From NCBI RefSeq assembly GCF_040938485.1, contig NW_027271582.1, forward strand, positions 248,001 through 312,000: a DNA stretch of 64,000 bases, written 5' to 3'. Each line of letters starts with the position of its first letter. The first letter of the stretch is position 1. The DNA is from Diadema antillarum. Its lineage: Eukaryota. Shown here piece after piece: positions 38,525 through 51,230 of the stretch. Both the position numbers and the translations under genes were made by a program. The notes beneath the pieces are model-generated. The model worked only from the letters and a program-made list of their open reading frames with translations. It did no database searches and was not told the origin of the DNA.

Positions 38525-39378
38525 TTAACAAAGTGTTGCTGATCTGGTTGCATGAATACATCCTCATGTTTGAAAGTGCTCTCGTTCATTCTATTCATTG
38601 CCTTGGAGGACAGAACATATTCTGGATGAAAATGGCACGAGCGACAAAAGCTGCGCCCCTATTCCAGGGGACTGTGAATTTACACTGTGATGGGGGTTGC
38701 AGCACTATTCTTTGCGATGACATAACAGATACCATAGATATAGAGATGGTGTTGCTGGGGAATGAAGGAGAGCTGGAGCGGAAGTACCATCACGTGAGAG
38801 AAGGAAGTATTTGAAGTCGCGTTAATGTTGCCATTTATCATCCTCGGGTCAAATGGAAGGCCTCCTAACGAGGTAATGCTCTCGCGCTGATGCGACGACT
38901 GGAAAGCGACTTCAGACAGCTTGAGCTTGATGCGTTTTCATGGTGGTGGTATCGAAAGAGAAAGTCTTTTGAAGTCATGTTGCAATAGGCCATGATAGTT
39001 TGGATGTCCCGTCTAATCAAGTCAAGGGCTTGCCATCTCTGATCTACGGGTCAATACAAAAAAAAAAGTGTCTTAATGGGTTCACACGTCACAGGTTTTG
39101 CCAGCACAGGTCGTCACTATAATGCTAGGTGACAGCTCTTGTTATGGAAGGGGATTTACCATGAGGGGCTGAGTTATTTCTCTGAATTCTAAGGTGCACT
39201 ATAAGAGCTTTAGATCAGTGAAAATCTGAGCAGAATGTCACATATGACGTGACATCACCACCACCTGAGCCAAGACAGCATTCCATTAGAAGATGCTCTC
39301 ATTCTCATAGTACAACAAAGTTCTTCATACTATCTATCATATGATAGAAATGTTCCTATGAATGCATAGGCCTACAAT

Positions 39379-39416
<38 letters not shown>

Positions 39417-39417
39417 G
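39379..39417. repeat. (TTG)n microsatellite
   Basis: Direct reading. Confidence 0.95.
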
Positions 39418-39609
39418 GTTTTTTTTTTTTTTGGTTGGTTGTTTTGGTTGTTGGAGGGGGTGGGGAGACATATCAGTTGCAAAAAAAAAAAAAAAATAAT
39501 ATTCAAGAAGTTTTCATTAACATCACCCTTCACATGGTCCACCCCATCACTGATCGACCTGAAGGAAAAAATAATCACATTAAAGACAATTTTTCAAAGC
39601 TAAAAAAAA

Positions 39610-40501
39610 ACTAGAAATGTCGCTACAGCGACTGGTTATACCCCCGTCAAACAACATTTCATAAGCTTTGGTCAAAACAATATTTGATAAGCTTTGGTCA
39701 AAAAACTGAGGAAGTAGTTAAATCCGCAAGATCTTTCCTTGATCTTCTGCCATTAATATGCCGTTACCATGGCAACGTACTTTCGGGTACTGTCGAAAAA
39801 TGTGTCTTGCACATCTACAACCAAAGGCACACGTCTGTACCAAGTTTCATGGAAATTGGGCAAAAACTGAGAAAGTAGTTTGCAACACAAAATTTTCCAT
39901 CATTTTGGCTCATAATATGTGAGCTGTTACCATGGCAACATACTTTTTGTCACTGTCAAGAAATGTGTCATGCTGACCTATATCCTAAGACAAACATTCA
40001 ATATGAATTCCATGAGAATTGGAAGAACACTGATGAAGCAGTTTTGCCATGAAGCATTTTGCCCTATATTTTACCAATAACATGCCGTTACCATGGCAAC
40101 GCACTTTTTGCCACTGCGGAAATATGTGTCTTGCACATTAACATATTCAGATGAACATCTGTACCTAATTTCATAAAAATTGATCAAAAACTGTGGGAGG
40201 AGTTCGCGACGCAAGATTTGTACCCATTTTTGCCCATAATATGCCGTTACCATGGCAACGTACTTTTGGGTACTGTCAAAAAATACGTCTTGCACATCTA
40301 CAACCCAAGGCACACATCTGTGCCAAGTTTTATGGGAATCGGTTGAAAACTGAGGAAGTAGTTCGCGACGCAAGATTTGCAACGGACCGACCGCCCGACC
40401 GACCGCCCGACCGCCCGACCGCCCGACCGCCCGACCGACCGCCCGCCCGACCGTCCGCTGATTCCTATATACCCCCTTCAAACTTCGTTTGGCGGGGGTA
40501 T
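39610..40501 (-). mobile_element. Non-autonomous Helentron-associated element (HINE; DINE-1/pearl/Tsp-like architecture)
   Basis: On the minus strand: T-run|ATACCCCCGCCAAAC sub-TIR with adjacent short IR, (GGTC/GGGC)n microsatellite 40384-40455, four ~160-bp tandem cores (gccgttaccatggcaac at 39760, 39923, 40084, 40243), 3' sub-TIR GTTTGACGGGGGTAT, stem-loop GTCGC-TGTA-GCGAC, then CTAGT|T-run. Confidence 0.82.
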
Positions 40502-40552
40502 AAAAAAAGCCTGGTGCATAAGGCTACCACTGTAGCTGCACTTTGTACTCAC

Positions 40553-40808
40553 GAGATTCTTCGCCAGTAACTACGACATCCATTTCGTTGTCCTCGTCAA
40601 GTACGCCATTGTTGTTGGCGTGGCCCAGGTGGTGGTGGTGCATGTGGTGCGTCTTGTTGTTGCTGTTGTTGATGTGGTTCATGTCCGAGAAGTTGATGGG
40701 GCTGGCGGTGCCCACCGAGCTGGCGCAGGTACTGGTGCCGTCGCCATGGAAATGGTTGCTAACAACATGGGCCCTGGAGGGATCTTGCTCTTCAAAATGT
40801 GCTGTCAA
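40553..40808 (-). CDS. PARD3: Par-3 exon 2/16 (end of CR1 plus His/Asn-rich linker): LTAHFEEQDP...HGDGTSTCASSVGTASP...DVVVTGEES
   Basis: ttttctccccctcag acceptor, gtgagt donor, 256 nt, phase 0-1. Matches LVAVFDEQDP..GDGTSASSTGTQSP. Confidence 0.95.
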
Positions 40809-43800
40809 CTGAGGGGGAGAAAACACACAGAGGAAAAGTGATGATAGTTGAAACTCATTAGATTTAAATTCTGCATTGAAAGACAAAAGCATGAACCCAC
40901 ACACGGATACATTCAGAAAACTATTAAAGTGAATGATTAGTCTGACTTCAAGGTGTTTGTATGCCCCCAACCAAAAGGCCCGTCTCACTTTGAGTGTGTA
41001 GGGAGATACTGCGAGTCTGAAATGGAGACTACCCATATCAAGGTGTTACCGAAGCAGTGACTAACACAGTCTGCACATAAAGACACCATGTAAGACATGC
41101 AAGGGGTACGAGAAAATGGATACTTCATAATTATCAAGTCTAATGAATGAAGGCGTCACACAGGGAGATGCAGACAATGACATAACAACCAGCGTGGATA
41201 TTTCTTCAGCACTGGTTGGGGTGGGGAAGGAGATGTGACATTTTAGCGGAGAACTAGACAACCCGTCTCTCCCTTCACCCACCTTCCGGAGTTGGTACAG
41301 TTCCATGCGTAGTTAACATTCCCTATTGTTTTGATTGATGACCCTATTACCACGGAGAAATTTGATCAGCTAATGGTGACGGGGAATGGGAAGGAGGTGA
41401 GGGGTGGGTGGGGCAGACGGGAGGTAGTAAACCAAAGTGTGTCACATTTATTGTCAGTTTGCCAACGAAATTAACTCACACATCACCTCACAGTTCTTTT
41501 AAAACACAAATATGTTTCTCTTTCACATCACAAAATCCAAAGGCTTTCAAAAAAATACTGGGCATCACTTCTGTCCTCGCCTGTCAGTCTAGAAGCAATA
41601 ATACTATCAGAAGGAGAGACCATTCAAGATGTTATACTCCTGTATTTCATCTCAAAATGCCCGCGATCTCCATCCACGTTGCCAGGGAGGCTCTTATCTC
41701 TCTGTGGGGTTGAAATTCGTCACAAATTTGTCACTAAACCCAACGTCGGAATGTCGATGCTGGAGCGCCCAATTTTCAACACGTTCTCATACCCACGGTG
41801 GAAGAAATCGATTCCCTCAAGCAGCTCTCCCCGAACCCCGTATTACACCCCAAAGTTTCCCCTCCCCCCTCCCTTCCCAACTCCCTCTCCTCAGTTGACA
41901 CAATAAATTAGGTAGCCAGCTGAAAGATACACCATTCTATTTCAGGCATCCCTCCCCTGCAATGTACAATGTGTTCATTATTCATCACCTGCAGCAAACA
42001 AGGTCTTATCAGTAGGTTCCATCAGGCAACATTTTGCCCTCTTCCTCTCGCCCTGTCTCTTCAAGGCAAGAGCCCTACATTTCCCAGCCCTCAAAAAAAA
42101 TAATACTGACAATAACAATAATTAAAAAAATAAAAAGATAAAAAAATCCATCTCATTTTCTCGTCAGCAAATTGCCATTTTTTATTAGGTGAAGACGTAT
42201 GCAAGTTCACATCCATTCCTTTGTTTTAATATCATTAGTGCTTCATTGAATGTAAACCACTACACCTTGTAGGCCTACATGTATCTTCCTTCCAGCCTTC
42301 TGATGCCAATTATTTGATTTTAATCAATACTTTTGAAGGTAGTACAGCTTTCGATTCATAGACTTATTTTCCTCCATTTGTATTTATCAGCAAGCCACTG
42401 AAAAAAAAATATATATATATATAAAGGGTATTACAGACCTTTACAGTACAACTGCTTTTTCACACTACCTTTGCATTTTGTTTGTCCAGGTTGATATCAC
42501 ATACCAAACATGATCTTTTATACTTCAATGTCATAAATCTTACACGAGCCACATTCTGCTGCTGAGGCTATTAAAAAAAAAAAGGATAACTTTTAAAAAA
42601 TGCCATAACCTAACCTTGAAGAGTTTATTTACAATTGCCAAAGATTGATGGAAACAACAGGTGGTATTCCAGCAATTGTTCATTTTAATAACAGCACATA
42701 AACAAATGGGTAGATTTGCTCCATAAATTCATACTGTGATGCAACAGAATTTATCAATATGGTCCTTTGGGCAGGGACTGCATATTTTCTTTATTAAAGG
42801 ACAAGTACTTGGTCTTTGTACTGGCCCATCACTGGAATTTAGTTGCCCTCAAGCAAATGGGGTTGTAATACCCTGACAAAAGAATAAAAAAAAAAAAAAT
42901 TGCAAAATTATCCCTGCAGAAGAATCACGTTTTTCACAAGTCAGTTGGGCTAGACTATAAAGAGCAGCATTTCAAGTGTACAAATTCATACATACTTTCA
43001 GCTCTGTTGTGACCTTGTGTACAACAGCATCTTCCTACAGTTTATGTCCAGTTCCTGTGTGTACAGGCTCCATTATACCTTGTAATAGTTGTAATTCTTC
43101 CCCCTCCCCCCTCCCCCCTTGCCATTTGAGACTGAAATAATTCACTCCAAATTGGTCATTGTGTGACTGACATGGCACATTGTTATGCGACCTCAAGGCC
43201 AAGGAGATCAGATTCTTGACTTTGCCTTTCGGAGGATTTTCTTCTTTTTTTTTCGGAGGGGGGGGGGCATTGTTGTTCCTTAAACTGAAGCCATGGTGTA
43301 CCACTCTCGGCACAATTGAATCTACCCTTCAAACCTACAAGAAGTACCCCCCCCCCCTCAAAAAAAAAAAGGCACTATAATATTCGTAGAGTTTGAACAC
43401 AAGAGTACTTCATCATACATTCATATTCATATCGAAAAATTAAGGAGTCCCTATGAATTTCAAAAAATGACCATCATCACATTATACGACATTGCTTTTG
43501 AATACCACAATATTGATTCAATTGGTTGCGCCAAGTATAACAGAGTAATATGCCAGGAGTAACAATTTACATACATTGATTAATTTGTCCTTTTCTGTGA
43601 AGACCAAGCAAAAAGCCAGCCTTTTCAGTTCACATGTTTGTACTGGCTACCTGTTAATACTCAGGATCTAGTTTGCATGCATTACTTGTTGCTATGTTGG
43701 GCAACCTATGACACATTTCCTCACTGCCGAGAACAACCTATCTGAACATGTAACATGAAATATGAATTTCATATTTGCGTAATTGATATTATAACCTGTG

Positions 43801-43892
43801 ACTCCAGAGAAGAGAACAAAAGAACAACAAACTCTTAAAATCCACTGATTTACAATTGTAAAATTAACTTTGATACAAACAGCTCCCTGATA

Positions 43893-44098
43893 CTGCAAAA
43901 CCAGAAATTTTCACAAACATGAAACTTTCATGAATTTCTTGAGGAGCCACGAGTCATAAAAATATAATGCACACCAAAGTGTTTTTCTACACATTGCATT
44001 GAATGCCAGCGGCAATTCGTGAAAGTTTCATGCCACGAAAAAAGCCTGCGGCTCTAACTCGCGAAAGTTTCATGCCACGAATGTTTCTGATTTTACAG
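43893..44098. mobile_element. TA-flanked MITE (CTGTA family)
   Basis: TA|ctgcaaaaccagaaatt ... tgtttctgattttacag|TA; internal repeated gaaagtttcatgccacgaa. Confidence 0.65.
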
Positions 44099-45672
44099 TA
44101 GTTATGGATGTGTGTGGATGCAGTCTTGGCTAAAACAGAGTTAAAAAAATGCTATTGTAAACTCTGCACAAGGCTTTCTGTCATCATCAGGATAAATTTG
44201 CAATCCTCAGAGAGATGGGGTGGGGGACTATATGGGAGGGGGAGGGGCTAGTAGCAGAGCCCGATTTGTGAAGAGTCCTGAAAAATAAACAAGAATGTGA
44301 TGAAATTTTGGCTCAAAACTGAAGCCGCCACCACGTGGGGGAGACTCCCTCTCGTCCCTTTGCACACTCCACGTACTCTTGCTCAGCGTTCTCAGGAGTA
44401 CACATGTATTTGAGATTGGTATGGCAGTGGTTTGTGTGAGCAGGTCCAAGCTATGAACGCATTTCAAAACAGCTTTGCATATATATCATTCAACTCTACA
44501 GAAACGTGTTTGCGATCTTATTTTCAGCATTTCAGAAACACCTTCTAACTCCACGATCAAAATAGCTTTGCCTTCTTATAAACTGCCCAAACTCCCTGAA
44601 AGTTGGTTGGAAACCTTAACCCCTTGGAGACGAGTCCTCAGAATACTCGGGCAGGTGTCTATGGGAAATGTCTGTTGGTATAGCAAAATCAGTCCGTTCT
44701 CAACGGGTTAATTCTTGAGTGGGAAGTGAGTTGATAAACGCACCCAATACTCGTATCTCATCAAGATATGAAGAAGAGAGTCAGCAGAAATGTCTATAGG
44801 CATTCAGCCCTTGTTGAGTCCCTAAAAATCACCCATGGCTGCCCTTGTGTGTGTATGTGTATGTGTGTGTCTTGTGTGGTATATGTGTGATTTGTGTGTG
44901 TGGGGGGGGGGGGGAGGTGGGTGCACTTGTGGGAGTGAGTTGCGTATTAAAAAAACTTGAGTAGGGCCTATGCCTTTGCCTGGTCCATATCATTCCTTGT
45001 ATTGCCCTGCTGTGCAATATAATTCCATATTAGTACATATCAATTCATCTCCACCCATGCAGAATAGTAGGCATTTTCTGCAGTCAGAAGAGTAAACATT
45101 GGCAGAACAAGAGGCCCCTTTCTGGTTCCATGGAGTTAAGGAATTAAAATGTCATCAACTTTTTGGCATATTTATCCACTTTCACGGACCTACCCCTCTT
45201 TTTAAATATGTCACTACTTTAATGGTACGTAAAACTTTTTCATTCTTTTTCTTTTTCATTCTTACAGCAATTGTCCTACAAGGGTTATCTCCGTTTGTGT
45301 TATTCATTGGGTTATTTGAAGCCCACTGACACATCACAGCGCGCTTGGGCAGTGTCTATTATCACCTCGTATCTTGACAAGATTCAACTCATCACTTATC
45401 GCTCACACACATATAAACAACTGAGGTATGTCAAAATAGCCAGTGACAGTAAAGAGAGGGAAATTCAGAGGACATTCTATTGCCATACCCCCAGAGCGCC
45501 AAGAGGTAACAATTACTGTCAAATCAGACGACTTTTCTTGCCCTTCATTATTCCATTCAAGGACGCGAGGAGACCGTTTACATTTGTCAGCAAAAAATCA
45601 AATCTGGATCTGTTTTGTTTTGTTTTGTTTTTTGGTTCCTGGCATTCTGCACTTTTGTTGAGATTTACTAGA

Positions 45673-46216
45673 GGGCTTTTTACACTTGTGTTTCTTAACC
45701 CCGGACTTTCTCTGACCCAGGACTATCGTTAGTCCCGTACCAATTTTTTCAGCTTTTTACACTCGCCAATTAGTCCCGTACTATCTCTTGTCCGGGGCTA
45801 AGGAGAAAACTGACCTTTTTACACTCGTATTTCTTAGCCCCGGACTTTCCAAACCACATGAATATTCATAATTACGCTGTGTACTGTACACGTACACGCA
45901 CGCACCGGCAGCACTCGATTACCTCGTTTCTGATTGGTCAGTGAGGGTCGGACTTCGTCTCCGTCGCTTAGCCCAGGATTATTTTATCGTTCTGTTTACA
46001 CTCACTTGCTTGGCACCGCAATTGCGGTGCTAACCCCTGCTATTTTGCAGGGCCAGATAGTACTGTACTATCGGTGGGGCTAGCCCACTTTGGCAAAAAC
46101 GAGTGTAAACAGAAAGTGGGCTAAGGATAGTCCCGTACCAACGGTGGGGCTAAGGCCCCCCCTTAGCCCCACCATTGGTCCGGGGCTAAGCAAAAATTTA
46201 CAAGTGTAAAAAGCCC
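45673..46216. mobile_element. Palindromic Harbinger-like MITE with internal CTTAGCCCC/GGGGCTAAG repeats
   Basis: gggctttttacacttgt...ccccggac mirrored by gtccgggg...acaagtgtaaaaagccc. TSD unclear. Confidence 0.65.
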
Positions 46217-46399
46217 TTATGTGAGTATTCATACATTCCATGCAAAGAATGAAAACCCATTTCTGAAGCACATGTTTGAAACTCTATTAGTCCTTTGCTA
46301 TTTGATTGCTTAGTCCTGGTTTCTTTTGGACAATGATGTATATACTTATTGATTGAAATTCAAGGTTTTGGTAAAAAGACTCTCCCGAATATATAACAT

Positions 46400-46500
46400 A
46401 TCGTCATGATATATTATATTATATCATATCATATTATATCATATTATATATTATATCATATCATATCATATAGGCCTATCATATATCATATCATATTTAC
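46400..46500. repeat. (ATATC/ATATT)n pentamer satellite with an embedded TAGGCCTA
   Basis: atatcatatcatattatatc... interrupted at 46471 by taggccta. Confidence 0.85.
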
Positions 46501-47089
46501 ATTACATATGGGCATTATATAACATTATACAATATAAAATATAAAATATAATATGTAAGCATAAATTACAAAGTGCTTGAAAATATACGGATCACATGTA
46601 GGAAGGAAGAAAGACAGAAAGAAAGAAGATATAGGCCTGTACAGACAAATAAAGAAGACAAAGAGAACAGAAGAGATATATATTATATTCAGCACTGGGG
46701 TAACCTCACTAACGAAAAGGCTATGAGAGTATGACATTTGAAGTCACTGTCATGGACACACTACTAGTACCTTACGTATGACTCTCCTCTGGAAGCATGC
46801 AGTCGCCATTCAAACTTGGCATTTCCATGACCTACAAAATAGGGATGCCTTGCCACTTCACTGCTCATACACAAAAATAAAAGAGCAAAACAAAATAGAA
46901 ACTCCCCCTCGAGCTGCTTTCTGGCCCAATTCTTTGTCCAAAGGTATTTCGCCCCCCTTGACTAGCGTGGATATATCATCAATGATAAGGATATGGCAAC
47001 ATTGTTGTTTCCCTGGATACAATAACGGGTTGCATGTCTGTAATTTAGAGGTCACCATCTTCTATGGCTGTCGGGGTATGGGTTCTTAA

Positions 47090-47460
47090 AGGTACTGTAT
47101 ACCATTGGGAACAGGGATTTTAAATATGTTTGAGATATCACATTTGATGCCTACAACCCTGTATGTCTAGGTCAGTTGTATCGCAAAACATCCCACCGTA
47201 TAAATATTTTGCAATACAGCCTAAAATATAAGGATATATCATTATTTTCCTCAATAAACCATAACTGAAGACGGTTTAGTCTAGAAACATTCTTCTTATA
47301 TCTACTGTTTACATTTTGTATATTTTACAATATTTAACATTGATTAAATTGCTTCAAATTTTTACAGTGGTTGTTTCTATCCCTAACTCACATTTTAGAT
47401 CTATTTTGAAGCACCATAAAGCTGGGTTTTTGTTTCATCTGCAAATGGTAAATTATGCCT
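47090..47460 (+). mobile_element. Kolobok-type non-autonomous element (~370 bp), copy 1
   Basis: TTAA|aggtactgtataccatt ... aatggtaaattatgcct|TTAA. Homologous to 50872-51230. Confidence 0.8.
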
Positions 47461-47634
47461 TTAAATCCTCCTTTTCTCCTAGCGAAAAATGATACAGGTT
47501 GCACCTTGATACAGAATCCCTCTCTTCCCTTTACCTAGCATGGTTTTTCTGTTGCAGGTGAAGAGACAGCGATAATTCACTGCAGCCTAACAATGCACAC
47601 CTGCCAAAAGACAGGCACCTCTCTAATCACTCAC

Positions 47635-47646
47635 CTGCCTAATTTC
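47635..47646 (-). CDS. PARD3: Candidate alternatively spliced 12-nt microexon (GAA ATT AGG CAG = EIRQ) within CR1
   Basis: tgtgcttctgtgtatcttgtctgtctctgacag|GAAATTAGGCAG|gtgagt. Perfect donor consensus, frame-preserving in a phase-0 intron, no stop. No transcript evidence available. Confidence 0.45.
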
Positions 47647-48151
47647 CTGTCAGAGACAGACAAGATACACAGAAGCACACGGGGATACATACACAAACAC
47701 ACGTACACACGGTGTACACACACTCGAAGAGAGAAATAATATTGTATTACAGAATCGCAAAGTTTCATTTTCCACATATCATTGAGATCTTGTCAGATAT
47801 TACTGTTTGTGTGTGTGTGTGTGTGTGTGGCTTTCATATGTCATAAAAAAGGCACAAAATTAATGCAGAAAGCTTCACAGAAGCTGGAAGATATTCCATC
47901 AAAAACTCAAAACTAGGTACAACCCAAAGTACAGTGTACTTTGATAACAAAATAAATACCATTGCTATCATTATTATCACTATCATCATTATCATATCAC
48001 TGTCATTATAAGTATCATCATTATCATTACTAATACATGTACTACTATTAGATCAAATACTAGATGGTATTATATCACTGGCATCATATTTGTGTAAAAT
48101 GAGGCAAGAAAATGGAGTAATTCAGTAAAGCCACAAAGTCTGAACAATTAA

Positions 48152-48693
48152 AGGACAAGTCCACCTTCACAGACATAAGGATTGAGAGAATGCAGCAATA
48201 TAGTAGAACACATCACTGAAAGTTTGAGGAAAATTGGACAATCCGTTCAAAAGTTACGAATATTTTATGTATCTGCGCAGTCACTGCTAGAAGAGAAGAC
48301 TACTACAGTGTATGATGTCACATGCGTACATAAGGAAAATAAAAAGAGAAATTCACTTTTTGAATAAAGTGCACAGTTCTTCGACTTGCTACTGACGTAT
48401 GTTAAGGGTAATATAATTCCCCCTGCCATCTGAAAGAGAGAAGTCGAGTGTTGTTTTGTTATGGGAGAAAAATGGAAATATGTTGAATTTTCTTTATTCC
48501 TTCTTTATATCGTTGTACTCATGTGACATCACAAGCTATAGTAGTCTTTTCATCCAGCCGTGACTGAGCAGAAACTTCAAAAATTCATAACTTTTTAACG
48601 GATTGTCCGATTTTGCTCAAACTCTCATTGATGTGTTCTACTAATATTGCTGCATTCACTCAACCCACATGTCTATGAAGGTGAACTTGTCCT
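48152..48693. mobile_element. Kolobok-type element with ~110-bp TIRs
   Basis: TTAA|aggacaagtccaccttca...aaaagttacgaa mirrored by ttcataacttttt...tgaaggtgaacttgtcct|TTAA. Confidence 0.85.
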
Positions 48694-50118
48694 TTAAGTC
48701 AGAGTGAGTAAAAGGGCTTTCTGCTTCTTCCTCCTGCTTTTCCTCTTCTTCCTCCTCCCTCTCCTCCTTCTTCTCCCTTCCTTCATCCCCATTCACTATT
48801 GATTTCCACTGATACCCAATTGCCCTTTTTTCTGTATGAAAGAAAAAAGAAATAACGGGAGGCTGTTGTGTATATTTGGATAGGAGAGTTGAGAGACAGC
48901 CAGTGCAGATCACTGTTTTGACAATCAATCAGCTCCCAACATTAGATGCTGACAAAGATCCCTCGCAATGTTTTAGCGTCATGTCACCCAATGATGGTGT
49001 GTTTGTGTATTCGTCTATGCCAAAACCACTGTAATTTTCCCACATTATGAAGCCAGACCTCATACTTGGGACAATTCAACGCTGCAAGAGTCTTGTAGTC
49101 CCTTCTGCAAGTCATTCAGTCTTTCTTTGCCCTTCAAATACTATCCCCGAACATTCAACACGGCAAGTTGCAATGTGCCCAATCAATGCCCCCCTCCCCT
49201 ATCCCCACCCCCTTGTATGACGCTACACCTGTAACAAGTTGTCATTACCAATCAATTACCTACATTCATGAATGTTTGTGGATGTTATCCCACTGATAGA
49301 AATGATGTTATTAATTTCGATTTGTCTGTATTTTTCATCATATATAGTCTCTGAAAGGCCTCAATCCAGTTTCTGGTGTTATCATCGCTTAATGGCATAA
49401 TTTGCAATATTAACATTCATATCATTCACAGCATTTAGCCTACGTCATTTGTTTCTTTCCGCGTTATCTTCAAAAGGTCTTGAGTCATATTTTTGCGCAA
49501 TGATTATCTAATAATTTGCATCACAACCAGGCTTTTATCTGGCAAAGGGAGATGCCTAGAAACAAATGTTCACACATCTCTCTGGTCAGCATTATTTGGA
49601 GACAATTACACGTCTTCAGAGTTGAATAATTCATCCAAGAAAACAACTCCCTTTATGGTTCAGGGTTTGCTCTTTACAATATATCTTTTAAAAATATCAA
49701 GGCAAGATGGGCCTCTTGTATGGCAGGGGAGAGGAAGAACAGAAAGACAGCCATATTAAGACATACACTGTAAGTACAACAAACCTTACTTTATGATCAT
49801 CTTTCTGCAATGTTTAAAGCTAGAAATAGAATTTGACTCTGTCTCTGTTGAAATGACAAGGTCACCAAATACACTATAAATTATCAATTTGAAGACAGTC
49901 TTTCTTATTAAGATGAATTGACTGGAGATGGCCTGTACAATCATTGGATTAGATTGCTCCTACATATTAAAGCACTGCTTCATTTCCATTATTCAGAACC
50001 ATTTTGGCCTTTGATCACTACTGGATCATTATTAAAGCAGATGCCTCCGTGTCCTTTATACAGAGGCACACAGACACAAAGTGGGTGACCCATCTATTTC
50101 TGACCTTGTCAACAACAA

Positions 50119-50257
50119 NNNNNNNNNNNNNNNNNNNNNNNNNNNNNNNNNNNNNNNNNNNNNNNNNNNNNNNNNNNNNNNNNNNNNNNNNNNNNNNNNN
50201 NNNNNNNNNNNNNNNNNNNNNNNNNNNNNNNNNNNNNNNNNNNNNNNNNNNNNNNNN
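50119..50257. other. Assembly gap (139 N)
   Basis: Run of N. Confidence 0.99.
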
Positions 50258-50871
50258 TCCCAAAAGACAGTATGCCCCTGCAATACTTGCTGCAAGCCAA
50301 CATGTAGAAATGTACAACTGGCTGAGCTCCACATATCTCACGAGTCAGCCCGCAAGAAGTAGTGGGCTTTACCTTCCTCCTGTACAGCAAGCGGCAAATT
50401 TGCTCCCTGGTCATTTCAATTACTCCAATTATTCAGGCACTAAGTCAATTGCTTTCCCCAGGCAAGAAAGTCAACGCACGTGATGTAAATCTTTTTTTCT
50501 TCTTCTTCTTTGCATTGGGTTTAGAAGACAGAATATTCATCCTGCTGGCTCTTTACACTTAAAGGGAAACTGTACCCACAGGTTCAATTTGACAACAACT
50601 TATTATATGAAATCCCTTATAGTGTCCTAATTGAACCAAGAAGAAACTTCCTCTTTTTTATCTTTGACACTGCCATACACTCATAATTTGAGAGATTTTA
50701 GCAAATGCCTTACAATAATACATCTGAGAGGAGTTTAATCACACAAATTCAATATGATTTTGCACATCATAAGACAGAGTCCAGATAAATATGAAATTAT
50801 GTAGGCCTAAATGCACTTTAAAGCTCATTAGCAGTGTTACGCTTGAGGAAAATAAAACATTTTGTGATTAA

Positions 50872-51230
50872 AGGTCTTGTTTACCTTTGTGAACAGTGAT
50901 TTAAAAAATGTTCAAGATATCACATTGGATGCATATGTGTAGGTCCGTTGTATCACAAAACATCCTACCATATAACATTTCTGCAATAAAGCCTAAAATA
51001 TAAGGAGATATCAGTATTTTTCTCATTAAACCATAACTGTAGACGGTTTAGTCTGGCAACATTTTTATTATAACTACTGTTTACATTTTGTGCATTTAAA
51101 AATACTTAACATTGATTATACGGATTCACATTTTTACGGTGATTGTTTCTATCCCAAACTCATATTTTGGAACTATTTTAAAGCACTAATGCTGGATTTT
51201 TGTTTCATCTGCAAATGGTAAATTATGCCT
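50872..51230 (+). mobile_element. Kolobok-type non-autonomous element (~360 bp), copy 2, same orientation as 47090
   Basis: TTAA|aggtcttgtttacc ... ctgcaaatggtaaattatgcct|TTAA; collinear with copy 1. Confidence 0.8.

Noticed and set aside
50004-50483. ORFs spanning the N run
   Set aside because: Artefacts of the assembly gap.
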